Shown in pieces: positions 16,991-26,310 of a stretch of DNA of 64,000 nt (position 1 is its first letter; each line of letters starts with the position of its first letter). The stretch covers positions 1 through 64,000 of the IMG/VR virus record IMGVR_UViG_3300025536_000013. One strand, given 5' to 3'. The notes below the pieces were generated by a model, which saw only the letters and a program-made list of their open reading frames with translations, was not told where the DNA came from and did not search any database. This DNA is from a virus. The position numbers and the translations under genes were made by a program.

Positions 16991-18127
16991 ATGAACGCGG
17001 TGATGGAGAAGGCTTTCACTGGCAACGGCACCGCCAAGGTGTTCGCCGAGCCGATCAACAAGAGCCTGGGCGACTTCGCCGTGAGCATCGCCCGGATCAA
17101 GACCGGCAGCGGCGACCGCGAGCAGGTCGAGAAGCGGCTGGCCAAGGTCTACGGCAGCTCGTGGCAGACCGGCGACGCCCCGAAGCGCAAGACGCCGCTG
17201 AGCGAGGACTCCGGTCCGGTCGGCGGCTACCTCGTGCCCACGGACATCGCCTGGAGCATCATGAAGGACGCGGCGGAGGACTCGATCTTCCTTGCCAAGG
17301 GCTTCGTCCAGCCGATGACCAGCCGGACGCTGCTGCTGTCGATCCCCGACCCGACGCGGAACAACAGCATCCCGCTCGGTTCCAACATGTTCGGCGGCAT
17401 GATCTTCAACTGGCAGTCGAGCCAGCTCAACAACGCTGCCAAGGGCGAGACCGAGCCGGCGTTCAGCCAGGTGGAGGTGGTGGCCCAGGAGCTGACTGGC
17501 TACCTGGTCTGCTCGAACCAGCTGGCGATGGACGCGCCAGGCATGGACGCCTTCCTCAAGCGCTTCGTGCCGCGGGGCGTGGCCAACCAGGTGGACCAGG
17601 CGTGCTTCCGTGGGCCGGGTCCGGGCGGCGGTGGGCCGACGGGCTTGGTGTCCGCTGGCTGCACGCTCACGGCGACCCGTGCGGGCGGCAACGACGTGAC
17701 CCAAGCCGACCTGTCCTCGATGTACGCCCGGCTCATGCCTGGCAGTGAGAGGACGGCGGTGTGGGGCATCAGCCCGACGGCGCTGGACCGGATCACCCGC
17801 CTCAGCATGCCCGGCATCCTCATCATGTTGCCCGGCGACGACGGCTCTACCGGCCTGCTCTACGGCAAGCCGTTCTTCAAGACGGAGAAGCTGCCGGACG
17901 TCGGCACCATCGGCGACGTGCTGCTGTTCGATCCGAACTGCTACGTCATCGGCTGGCGCGACCTGCTCATCGACTTCTCCGACCAGCAACAGGATCAGTT
18001 CGTCAAGGGTCAGTGCTCGTGGCGGGTGGTGGCCCGCATCGGCGGCGGTCCGATGATCAAGGCACCGGTCACGCTGGCGTCCCAGTCCGCGACCCAGGGG
18101 GCCATCGCCGTGCAACTCTCGGCGTAA
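16991..18127 (+). CDS. HK97-fold major capsid protein paralog 1 (no delta domain)
   Basis: GGAGG lies upstream. SGPVGGYLVPTDI...FGGMIFNW...LTGYLVCSNQL...LLYGKPFFKTEKLP...GDVLLFDPNCYVIGWR...RVVARIGG matches the Phage_capsid (HK97) pattern. Confidence 0.8.
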   Translation: MNAVMEKAFTGNGTAKVFAEPINKSLGDFAVSIARIKTGSGDREQVEKRLAKVYGSSWQTGDAPKRKTPLSEDSGPVGGYLVPTDIAWSIMKDAAEDSIFLAKGFVQPMTSRTLLLSIPDPTRNNSIPLGSNMFGGMIFNWQSSQLNNAAKGETEPAFSQVEVVAQELTGYLVCSNQLAMDAPGMDAFLKRFVPRGVANQVDQACFRGPGPGGGGPTGLVSAGCTLTATRAGGNDVTQADLSSMYARLMPGSERTAVWGISPTALDRITRLSMPGILIMLPGDDGSTGLLYGKPFFKTEKLPDVGTIGDVLLFDPNCYVIGWRDLLIDFSDQQQDQFVKGQCSWRVVARIGGGPMIKAPVTLASQSATQGAIAVQLSA

Positions 18128-18137
18128 GGAGCGAACG

Positions 18138-18341
18138 ATGGAGGAGAGCTTCACCTGGCAGGTCAAGAGCAAGAGCGGGTTCTCGCCCAAGCAGCGGCAC
18201 AAGATCGCCCAGCTGATGTACGTGCTCGGCGGGGCGTCCGCCTACGTGGACCCGGACTTCCCCGGCGACGATCTGCTGGACAGCAACGGCAACGAACTGC
18301 TCGACAGCGACGGCAACGAGCTGGAGAGCGCCAACTTCTAA
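18138..18341 (+). CDS. small acidic protein
   Basis: AAGGAG lies upstream. It contains the tandem peptide LLDSNGNELLDSDGNELE. Confidence 0.5.
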   Translation: MEESFTWQVKSKSGFSPKQRHKIAQLMYVLGGASAYVDPDFPGDDLLDSNGNELLDSDGNELESANF

Positions 18342-18353
18342 GGAGATGCAACG

Positions 18354-18605
18354 ATGGGCAAGTTCATGCGGGACGGCAAGAAGCTGGATGACTTGGTTCA
18401 TCGGGAACCGGTCAGCAAGGACGAGATCAAGGAAGCCAGCCGCGCCCAGCAGAAGGCAGAGCTGGAGAAGGCCGACCTGGACGAGTGCATGGCGAAGATC
18501 AACGCCGCGCTGACGGAGCACAACTGCGAGCTGGTGGCCGGGCCAGCTTTGACGCCGGACGGCCGCATCACGGCCCGCTGCGGAGTGCAGAACAAGAAGG
18601 GGTGA
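18354..18605 (+). CDS. hypothetical small protein
   Basis: AAGGAG lies upstream. GC3 is high. Confidence 0.5.
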   Translation: MGKFMRDGKKLDDLVHREPVSKDEIKEASRAQQKAELEKADLDECMAKINAALTEHNCELVAGPALTPDGRITARCGVQNKKG

Positions 18606-18609
18606 TCGC

Positions 18610-20124
18610 ATGGGCCTGAAGATGTTCGACACCGCCAACTACGCCAACAAGGCCGCTCCGGTCGGCGCCGACCTGTTGGCGCTGGGCGACAGCGAGGCCA
18701 CGACGGGCGGTGTGCCGGACAGCAAGACCATCACGCTGTCACAGGTGCTGGAGTACGTCGAGGCGGAGATCACCTTCGCCCTGGCCAGCACGGGGCAGGT
18801 GACGTGGTCCTCCGGAGCAGACCCGGAGGCGGGCATCGACACCGGCATCGGTCGCGGTGGCGCTGGCGTCATCTCCATTACCAACGGCAGCAGCACGGTC
18901 TACGGCACTTTGGGTTACACCGGTGCCAACAACATCGTCCGGCTCCAAGGTGTCGGCAACCTTCAGTACAGCGTCCAGAGCACCAACGCCCACGTCTTCT
19001 ACAACCAGAATGCGGCCACGAGTTCGCTGGCCCTCATCGGCGAGATCGACGGTGCCGACCTAGACGGCGTGATGGTGCCTAGCGACGGGGCGTTCGGCTG
19101 GAGCAGCAACACCGTCGTCACTGCCGGCAACGCCGACACCGTCCTCTATCGTTCCGCCGCCACGGTGCTGAACCTGACGACCGGCGACAGCACGGACGCT
19201 GGGACTCGGCTGCGGGTCGGCATCGCTGGGACCGCCTACACCAACGCTGCCGACACCGCTGGCGTGGACGTGTACTTCACGGCCCAGAGCGGCGGGGCTC
19301 ACTCGGCTGCCGACCCTGCTGGTGGGTCGCTCGTGTTCACTCCGGGAGCGGCAGGTGCCGGTGGAGCAGGCGCGGCGGGCAAGGTCATCGTCCGCCAACC
19401 GGGAGGGACGCCGGGGACGGACGAGATCACGTTCCTGCACGACGGCGGCAACGCAGTCATCAACAATGCTGATGGCGGGATTGCATGGCAGTTTGGTGGG
19501 ACCACGTATCAATACTGGACCACTGCCGGCATTCGTCTCAGACCAGACGAAGAATACACTTTCACTACCAGCAACGATCTGACATCAAGGGATACAGGCA
19601 TTCTTCGTGTTACTGCGGGGGTGGTGGCTCCCAGCAATGGGCAGGGGAGCGCCGGCTGGCTCCAGAATACCGCTGGCTCCTCCCGCGTCACGACATCCAA
19701 CGTCACCAACGTCACGACGACCCCGGCCGCGATCACCGGCCTGTCGTTCCCGGCCATCGCCGGGCGGAAGTACGCTGGCCGCATCAAGATTTGGTGCCTG
19801 GAAGCAACGGCAGCGGACGGGTTCATCTTCGACCTGGACGGCGGTACGGCGACGTTCAGCAGCTTCCGGGCGACGTACCGCATTTATGATACGCTCTCCG
19901 CGACGGCGGCTTTGACCAGTGCCAACGTGACCGCCATCGCCACGGATTTCACCGGGGCTACGCTCACAGGCGAAGCCTACGTCGAGATTGACTTTGCCGG
20001 AGTCTGCACCGCGACCACTGGAGCCGGGACGTTCATCCCCCGCTTTGCCAAGGCGAGCGACGCGGCGGGGGCGGCATTCACGGTGTACGTTGATTCCTTC
20101 ATGCTGGTCGAGGACGTGCCGTGA
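18610..20124 (+). CDS. fiber-like / surface protein (G/A/T-rich)
   Basis: The ORF is 504 aa. The N-terminus ...ADLLALGDSEATTGGVPDSKTITLSQVLEYV is typical of phage fibre-type proteins. A G/A/T-rich beta region follows. Confidence 0.5.
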   Translation: MGLKMFDTANYANKAAPVGADLLALGDSEATTGGVPDSKTITLSQVLEYVEAEITFALASTGQVTWSSGADPEAGIDTGIGRGGAGVISITNGSSTVYGTLGYTGANNIVRLQGVGNLQYSVQSTNAHVFYNQNAATSSLALIGEIDGADLDGVMVPSDGAFGWSSNTVVTAGNADTVLYRSAATVLNLTTGDSTDAGTRLRVGIAGTAYTNAADTAGVDVYFTAQSGGAHSAADPAGGSLVFTPGAAGAGGAGAAGKVIVRQPGGTPGTDEITFLHDGGNAVINNADGGIAWQFGGTTYQYWTTAGIRLRPDEEYTFTTSNDLTSRDTGILRVTAGVVAPSNGQGSAGWLQNTAGSSRVTTSNVTNVTTTPAAITGLSFPAIAGRKYAGRIKIWCLEATAADGFIFDLDGGTATFSSFRATYRIYDTLSATAALTSANVTAIATDFTGATLTGEAYVEIDFAGVCTATTGAGTFIPRFAKASDAAGAAFTVYVDSFMLVEDVP

Positions 20125-20297
20125 TGGATCACTCTGTCATCACGCTGGCCATAGCTGCCGTCGCCATGTTCGTCGGCTACTCCCTCGGCGTCTGGGCCGA
20201 GGCGGTCAGCTGGCGTGAGGCACGGGGCTGCAAGCGGAGCGGCGGCAAGTGGTACTCGGTGACGAGGCTGACGCGGGAGTACTGGGACGATGTCTAA
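20124..20297 (+). CDS. 57-aa membrane protein
   Basis: ATG overlaps the previous stop (TGATG). A TM helix VITLAIAAVAMFVGYSLGVW is present. It is below the ORF-track cutoff. Confidence 0.4.
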   Translation: MDHSVITLAIAAVAMFVGYSLGVWAEAVSWREARGCKRSGGKWYSVTRLTREYWDDV

Positions 20298-20823
20298 GCA
20301 CTCGGAGGCGGTGGCGAGAGGCGTGCTGAGGATCTTCCGCCAGCAGTCTCAGAGCGGCGCAGAGAAGATGGGCAACTGGATGGGCCGGATGCGTGAAGCC
20401 CTTTACGCCCCGCTGCTGCTCGGTTACAAGGCAGCGCTCAGGCGGTTCGGTTCCAAGGACGACGAGTGGGCCGAGGCGACGGCCATGCAGCAGGCGGCGG
20501 AAGCGGCGGTGCAGCTGAACGACGCCACCACGCACATGCTGGCCGAGGGCCGCGACTACCGCGAGGTGTTCTCCGCCGACCGTGCCGCCCTGATCGGCGT
20601 GGACCAGTGGGACAAGGCATACGGAGCCTGCCAGGTGCGGGCGGCGCAGAACAAGGGCCAGCGGCTGCGGTGGGTTACGAAGGGACCGAACATCTGCAAG
20701 ACCTGCAAGAAGCTAGCGGGCAAGATTCGTTCTCCGGGAAAGGCGTTCGTGGTGCTCAACGGTGAGGCGTTCTTCGCTCCCCCGATTCACGTCCACTGTT
20801 TTTGTGAGCTGGAGGCCGTGTGA
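20290..20823 (+). CDS. minor head protein, Mu F / SPP1 gp7 family C-terminal domain
   Basis: RWVTKGPNICKTCKKLAGK...FFAPPIHVHCFCEL matches the W..C..C..G...PP.H..C.C signature. Confidence 0.7.
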   Translation: MSKHSEAVARGVLRIFRQQSQSGAEKMGNWMGRMREALYAPLLLGYKAALRRFGSKDDEWAEATAMQQAAEAAVQLNDATTHMLAEGRDYREVFSADRAALIGVDQWDKAYGACQVRAAQNKGQRLRWVTKGPNICKTCKKLAGKIRSPGKAFVVLNGEAFFAPPIHVHCFCELEAV

Positions 20824-21236
20824 ACATCACCGCCGTGCGCGTGCACCTGGAGAATCGCGGAGCCCTGCGTGCCTACTGCGAGCTGGAGTTCGACGGTGAG
20901 TTCGTGGCCAAGCAGGTCAAGATCATCGAGAAGGATGGACGGCTCATCGTCGGCATGCCCAGCAAGAAGCGGACGACGCCGTGCGTGGACCCGTACTGCG
21001 ATATGCCCTGCCCGATCACCGACGAGTTCTGTTCGGTGTGCGGCGTGAGCCAGGGTCCGCAGGGGCCGCGGATCGACCAGATGCGGCGGCACTTCCACAT
21101 GGACCCGACGGAGTTCGTGAGCTTCTACAGCGACCTGTTCCACCCGATCAACCCCGAGTGCCGGGCCAAGCTGGAGCGGGCGGTGCTGGAAGCCTACCGA
21201 CGCAAGCTGGAGGAAACAGATGCCCGCGAAACGTAA
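20820..21236 (+). CDS. spoVG: SpoVG-family protein with a Cys-rich insertion
   Basis: ITAVRVHLENRGALRAYCELEFDGEFVAKQVKIIEKDGRLIVGMPSKK ... LFHPINPECRAKLERAVLEAY aligns with SpoVG. An insertion of about 55 aa carries 6 Cys. Confidence 0.8.
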   Translation: MNITAVRVHLENRGALRAYCELEFDGEFVAKQVKIIEKDGRLIVGMPSKKRTTPCVDPYCDMPCPITDEFCSVCGVSQGPQGPRIDQMRRHFHMDPTEFVSFYSDLFHPINPECRAKLERAVLEAYRRKLEETDARET

Positions 21237-22275
21237 CCCAGACTCTTTGAAGATCGGTGATGAAGTCCAGTTCCTTTCACACAAAGGGACGGTCATAGAC
21301 TTCGGACAGTACAAGGATCTGAAGTCTAAGTATCCGTCGGCTACTATTGTGGCTGGTAGAGACGTTGACGAGAGCAAGTTTGGCCGAGTCTGGGTCATTC
21401 AGTTCGACGACGGCATTCGGTTGATGGGCAGCCAGGGCATTCGACTGATGCTGAAATCCAAAGCCCTCGTCGCCGTGGACCTGCACGGGACCATCGCCGA
21501 CAAGAACGATCAGCACAACGGCGAGTACGATCCGTCCGCCTACACGCTCCAGCCCGGTGCGGTGGAGGCGTTGCAGGAACTCAAGGACGACGGGCACGAG
21601 GTGGCGATCTGGACGTGCTGGGCGACGGAAGAGGCCCGGCAGTGGCTCGACGAGAACAAGGTGCCCTACGACTACATCAACGAGGAAGCGCCGGACCACG
21701 GCAGCCCGAAGATCGACGCTGACCTGTACCTCGACGATAAGGCGGTGCGGCACGAGGGCGACTGGAACCGGACGCTGGCGGAGGCCTACTCCACCGGCAA
21801 GCTGGACAAGGCGCTGTGCGTAATCAAGGCTCGCGACCCCAAGGACTTGAAGGAGTTCGCCGCCGAGGTCAACCGCATCGCTCGCTCCGCACCGGCATCG
21901 GCCAAGTTCGGCAGCAAGGTTTACATCGGCTACGTGGAGTACGAGTACAGCATTCCCGGATTCCGCGAGAAGCTGCTGGAGGCGCAGCGGGCCGGGCTGG
22001 TGACGCTCGCCCGCTTCGACATGAGCTACGTGGCGGACCAGCGCGACGTGCGTGCCAGCGAGATGTACGACAGCGTGGCCTCGTACCATTTCGTGGTGCC
22101 GAAGAGCGTCAAGGCGGCTTCGGACATCCTCTGCACCGAGTGCCAGGGCAACGGCTGCGACGTCTGCGGCCAGACGGGGAGGTTGCAAGTGGCGGACGAC
22201 AAGGTGGTGAAAATCAAGCGCCTCCGGTACGTGGGCGTGAGCAAGACGGGGGGCGAGGTCTGGTACAGGCATTGA
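21220..22275 (+). CDS. HAD-like domain protein with a C-terminal CxxCxGxG zinc finger
   Basis: VAVDLHGTI (DxDGT-like), EVAIWT and KIDADLYLDDKAV are present. The C-terminus has CTECQGNGCDVCGQTG. Confidence 0.5.
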   Translation: MPAKRNPDSLKIGDEVQFLSHKGTVIDFGQYKDLKSKYPSATIVAGRDVDESKFGRVWVIQFDDGIRLMGSQGIRLMLKSKALVAVDLHGTIADKNDQHNGEYDPSAYTLQPGAVEALQELKDDGHEVAIWTCWATEEARQWLDENKVPYDYINEEAPDHGSPKIDADLYLDDKAVRHEGDWNRTLAEAYSTGKLDKALCVIKARDPKDLKEFAAEVNRIARSAPASAKFGSKVYIGYVEYEYSIPGFREKLLEAQRAGLVTLARFDMSYVADQRDVRASEMYDSVASYHFVVPKSVKAASDILCTECQGNGCDVCGQTGRLQVADDKVVKIKRLRYVGVSKTGGEVWYRH

Positions 22276-22496
22276 GCGAGCAAAAGTTGGGGATAGGGTA
22301 GCTCCCGAAAAGCGGCCTCCAGACCGCCTTCCCCCTCTTCTTACAGGTCGGCAACCAAAGGGATTCGCAAGAAGGAAAATCGGACTGGGTCAGCTAGGCA
22401 GGAAACACTCGGAAGAGTCCAAGAGGAAGAGAAGCGAGTCCATCAAGCGCTGGCTGGCAACTCACGGCCAGTGCGGCTGCATAAAGGTGAAAAGAC

Positions 22497-25400
22497 ATGG
22501 AGCCGGTTCAAAAAAGAATCAAGGGGCAACCCACCCAACAGTTCGACGATGAGGAACGCACCGCAACGTGGGTGATGACCTCCGGCACCGAAGGTGATCA
22601 AGTCACCATCGACAGGGATGGCGAAAGCGTCGATTGCCGAGGTGGCAATTTCGACAACTTCCTGCGTGCCGGTGGTCAGATCTTCTTCAACCACAACACC
22701 GATCAGCCGCCAGTGGGCAAGATGATCGGCGAACCATTCATCGCAGATATTGGAGAAGGGACGCAATTTCCGGAGATCACCGGACCGAAGCGGACGGCGT
22801 TGCTCGGCCGCATCCAGTTCTCCAAGGTCAACCCGCTCGCCCAGCAGTTGTGGGAACAGTACAAGGAAGGAACGCTGACCGGTTCGTCGATCTCGTTTGT
22901 CCCTACCGGACGCACAGGCAAGAATCATCGCGGTGGAAATCACTATGGGGCGTGGGACTTAATCGAGTACAGCCTCGCTCCAGTGGGGTCCAATCCCGAT
23001 GCGTTGAAGACCAACCGCAAATGTGCCTCCTGCTCCTGCAAGACCACCAAGACCGTCGCCAAGGCATCCTCCATCTGGATCGTCTACATCGACAACCCCG
23101 ACGGCACCGTGTCGCAGTGGCGTGGTGCGGCCGAGTCCAAGGAGGAGGCGGTCGCCCTGGCCCGCAACTGGAAGCCAGGCGGCACGGAGTACAACGCGGT
23201 GCGGCGAGCACTGAAGATCGTGGACAACAGCGACAAGGGCCGCGGCTCCGGCGCGTACAAGATGGGCGAAGGTGCCCAGGGCAACAACGTCCGTCGTGAG
23301 GACAACCCGTTCGCTGCCGACAGCAACGAGTGGGAGGACTGGAACGCGGGCTATGACACGGCCGACAAGCCGGTGGAAGTAAGTGTCAAGACCACTAAAG
23401 CGGCCAAGTCGCCGCACAGAAAGGGGAACGAGATGCGGCTGACGAAGATTTGGCACCGCAAGGGCATGGCCTGGCTCGTCAAGAGCCCGACCCTGCGGCG
23501 GAACAAGGACGGCGGGCTCGATGCTCCGGACGAGATCCAGGAGTACATCGAGGAGCGCGGCCTCGACGAGGTGCGGATCGAGGAAGGCCCGCCGGAGGAG
23601 GTGCTCGACAAGGACGACCCGACCCTCACCGAGTGGGTGGAGGAGGAGATCGCGGAGCCGGAGCACAGCAAGGCCGGTGGCGACTTGGTTGGGAAATGGA
23701 CTTTCCCGTACAAGAAGCCAAGGGGAACAAAGCCAGTGCAAGTCGTTAGTGTCGAAGGCGACATCGCCAAGCTATCCGATGGTTCGACGATGCATGTCAG
23801 CTACGTTCGGCCGGTGAACGAGAACGACGTGGCGAAAGCAGATACCGGCGGCGCTCCCTCCGGCAAGGCCGAGGAAGTGGCCGCTGACGTGGCCGTCCGC
23901 ACTGACGAGCTGGTCGAGCAGGGCGTGGAGGAGATCGACGCGGTGGAGGCGAGCATGGAGGAGCAGGACGTGCCGAAGGGCATGCGTCCGGCGGTCAAGG
24001 CGCTGGTGGCCCGGAAGCGGAAGACTGGTCCCCCGAATGGCCCGGCTGGAGATCCAGACCGACGCAAGCCCCCCGTTGGCAAGTCGGAAGACGAGCAGCA
24101 GCTTGCCCAATCATTTGCTCAGCGAGTGAAAGACGGCCAGAGCACCGCTGATTCCGCTGCCGACATGCTGGCTCGTCGGCTCGGCATGGAGTCCGGTGGA
24201 ACCGGCCGTCGTTACGCCTTGAAACTTATGGAGCCGTACATGAAGAGCGTCGGAGACTACGGCAAGGTCGGCTCCGTCTGCCGCACCAAGCGTGGCAACC
24301 TCGTGTTGGTCAAGAGCGTCCGGGGCAAGACCGCACGGGTGGTCAAGGTCAACGGCGACGAGGCCGACGAGGAGGAGAAGAGCCTCAGCGTCAAGCTCAA
24401 GGCCGAGGGCATCAACGGTCCGTGGGGCCTGCCGACCAAGCTCGATCCCGGCACCTGGGGCCTGGCGACGAAGCTGACCAACTGGTACGGCACCATCACC
24501 AACCAGCTCAAGACGATGGCCCCCGCCCTCAAGGACGTGGACCTCACCGGCGAGGAGCAGAAGCAGGTGGAGGAGAACGTCGAAGAGGCGTTCATGAAGA
24601 TCGCCAAGGAGCTGGGACTCTCCAAGGCCGAGGGCTACGAGCAGCAGCTCGACGACGCCCCCGGCACTCAAGGCGCCACCGACCCCAGCCTGGAGCTTGG
24701 GCCGCAGGTGAAGGGTCTCCGCGTGCCGATGGCTGCCCTCAAGAGCTACGTCAAGAACTCCGGCAGCTGGGAGCACAGCAAGCTGGCAGCGACCGTGGCC
24801 AGCCGCACCTGGAAGCTGTTCAAGGCCATCAACAAGGACGCCACGCTGGAGCAGGCCGAGGCCCAGCTCACGGAAGAGAAGGAAGACCCCAAGGAGGAGC
24901 TGGTCGAGGCGATGCAGGGCATGCTCGCCGCCGTGGTGGCCCAGAAGAAGGTCAAGTGGCAGAAGCGGTTCGGCGGCTGCGGCAAGGCCGAGTGCACCAA
25001 GGACTGGTTCTGCAAGAAGTGCACCAAGAAGCTCAAGGCCAAGCTCAAGGAATGCCTGGAGGACCAGATCCCGCCGGTGGTGGTCGAGAGCAAGCTGGCC
25101 AAGCAGAAGGCCGACGACCTCGCCGGCAAGCCACCGAGCCCCGAATCGACCATCAGCAACGAGCAGGGCACGCCCACGCCCGGCGGCACGGACGACGCCA
25201 ACAAGCTGCGGTCGCTGTTCAAGCAGGCGCAGCGGAAGGCGACGGAAAAGGCTCGCTACGGCCGCATCTCCGTCAAGGAGGACGACGATGGGATGTGGCT
25301 GGCGAGGGCGAGCAGCGGCGAGTGCATCCGCTTCGAGACTCGCGGCGAGGCTCAGCAGTTCGTCGACCGTTACAACCGAGGCGACTCTGCAGCGGTTCAG

Positions 25401-25616
25401 GAGTTCGACTCCGAAGCGGAGAAGAGCCTCCGGCGGAAGGGCACCGCCGACGAGATGACCGGCGACGCCAGCCAGGTGACGGCGGACGTGCGCGAGATGA
25501 GCGGCGACCTGACCGACGACGACCTGGTGGCGATGTCCAAGCGCTTCGACCGCATCGACGGCAAGCTCAACGAGTTCAGCGGCAAGGTCTACAAGAAGAC
25601 CCTTGTCAAGATCTAA
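22497..25616 (+). CDS. prohead serine protease (S78/HK97 gp4-like) fused to an ~850-aa K/E-rich scaffold-like region
   Basis: The N-terminal 170 aa ...FFNHNTDQPPVGKM...LTGSSISFVP...LIEYSLAPVGSNPDAL match Peptidase_S78. The remainder is a charged, low-complexity coiled-coil. Confidence 0.8.
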   Translation: MEPVQKRIKGQPTQQFDDEERTATWVMTSGTEGDQVTIDRDGESVDCRGGNFDNFLRAGGQIFFNHNTDQPPVGKMIGEPFIADIGEGTQFPEITGPKRTALLGRIQFSKVNPLAQQLWEQYKEGTLTGSSISFVPTGRTGKNHRGGNHYGAWDLIEYSLAPVGSNPDALKTNRKCASCSCKTTKTVAKASSIWIVYIDNPDGTVSQWRGAAESKEEAVALARNWKPGGTEYNAVRRALKIVDNSDKGRGSGAYKMGEGAQGNNVRREDNPFAADSNEWEDWNAGYDTADKPVEVSVKTTKAAKSPHRKGNEMRLTKIWHRKGMAWLVKSPTLRRNKDGGLDAPDEIQEYIEERGLDEVRIEEGPPEEVLDKDDPTLTEWVEEEIAEPEHSKAGGDLVGKWTFPYKKPRGTKPVQVVSVEGDIAKLSDGSTMHVSYVRPVNENDVAKADTGGAPSGKAEEVAADVAVRTDELVEQGVEEIDAVEASMEEQDVPKGMRPAVKALVARKRKTGPPNGPAGDPDRRKPPVGKSEDEQQLAQSFAQRVKDGQSTADSAADMLARRLGMESGGTGRRYALKLMEPYMKSVGDYGKVGSVCRTKRGNLVLVKSVRGKTARVVKVNGDEADEEEKSLSVKLKAEGINGPWGLPTKLDPGTWGLATKLTNWYGTITNQLKTMAPALKDVDLTGEEQKQVEENVEEAFMKIAKELGLSKAEGYEQQLDDAPGTQGATDPSLELGPQVKGLRVPMAALKSYVKNSGSWEHSKLAATVASRTWKLFKAINKDATLEQAEAQLTEEKEDPKEELVEAMQGMLAAVVAQKKVKWQKRFGGCGKAECTKDWFCKKCTKKLKAKLKECLEDQIPPVVVESKLAKQKADDLAGKPPSPESTISNEQGTPTPGGTDDANKLRSLFKQAQRKATEKARYGRISVKEDDDGMWLARASSGECIRFETRGEAQQFVDRYNRGDSAAVQEFDSEAEKSLRRKGTADEMTGDASQVTADVREMSGDLTDDDLVAMSKRFDRIDGKLNEFSGKVYKKTLVKI

Positions 25617-25626
25617 GGAGGAACCA

Positions 25627-26265
25627 GTGGCTGCAGCAACGTTGGAACCGGGTCAGGTGTGCGGGCACTGCTCGATGCGAGCACCGCCGATCAAGCGCTG
25701 CGGCATGTGCCGGCGCGAGGTCCACGACTGGCCCAAGGACGAGATCGGCTACCTGGAAGAGCACGGCTGGACGCTGGTCGCCAGCCAGTGGGTGGAGCCG
25801 CTGGAGCGGGTGCTCCGTAGTCCCACGCCGGAGATGGTGGCGGCGGCGATGAACGAGGTGACCCAGCGCGAGATGGCGATGCAGTCGCCGGCCTGGGGAG
25901 CACGCGGCTTCCAGCTCTCCGCCGACAAGTTTCGCAAGGAGGAGATGGAGACGGGCCTGGCCAAGGCGCGGGACCGGCTGGCTCGGCTGCGGGCCGGCGA
26001 ACGCTTCGAGGCCCGGCCGCAGCAACGGCTGTCGCAGGGGCAGGCGGTGCACGCGGAGTTCGTCCGCAGCCACCCCTACGAAACGAAGACCAAGGACAAG
26101 GTGATCCCGGCCTACACGAAGGAGCAGTGCGCCCAGTGGGAGAAGGAAGCCCGTGCCCGCCACAACGGGCAACTGCTGGAGAGCGATGCCGACATCATCG
26201 CCGAGCGGCGCAACCGCACGCTCACCACGCACCGGCAGATGTGCAGCGAATGCAGGCAGTTCTAG
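25627..26265 (+). CDS. hypothetical protein with zinc-ribbon ends
   Basis: AAGGAGG lies upstream of GTG 25627. CGHC...CGMC is N-terminal and CSEC is C-terminal. Confidence 0.55.
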   Translation: MAAATLEPGQVCGHCSMRAPPIKRCGMCRREVHDWPKDEIGYLEEHGWTLVASQWVEPLERVLRSPTPEMVAAAMNEVTQREMAMQSPAWGARGFQLSADKFRKEEMETGLAKARDRLARLRAGERFEARPQQRLSQGQAVHAEFVRSHPYETKTKDKVIPAYTKEQCAQWEKEARARHNGQLLESDADIIAERRNRTLTTHRQMCSECRQF

Positions 26266-26310
26266 TGTTCAACCAGCCCGGTCTAATTCGGGCGAGAAGG
26301 AGGTAGGATT

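Noticed and set aside
16121-18202. 693-aa ORF on the - strand opposite capsid paralog 1
   Set aside because: This is the same antisense high-GC artefact. The + strand encodes recognisable HK97 capsid motifs.
22300-22345. Hairpin GCGG-CCTCCAGA-CCGC followed by a pyrimidine run, as a terminator after 22275
   Set aside because: The stem is only 4 bp and there is no U-tract. This is too weak to call.
24422-25852. 476-aa alternative-frame + ORF inside the protease fusion gene
   Set aside because: The translation is extremely R/G/A/P-rich with no SD. The annotated frame has coherent K/E-rich coiled-coil sequence and the GC3 bias.
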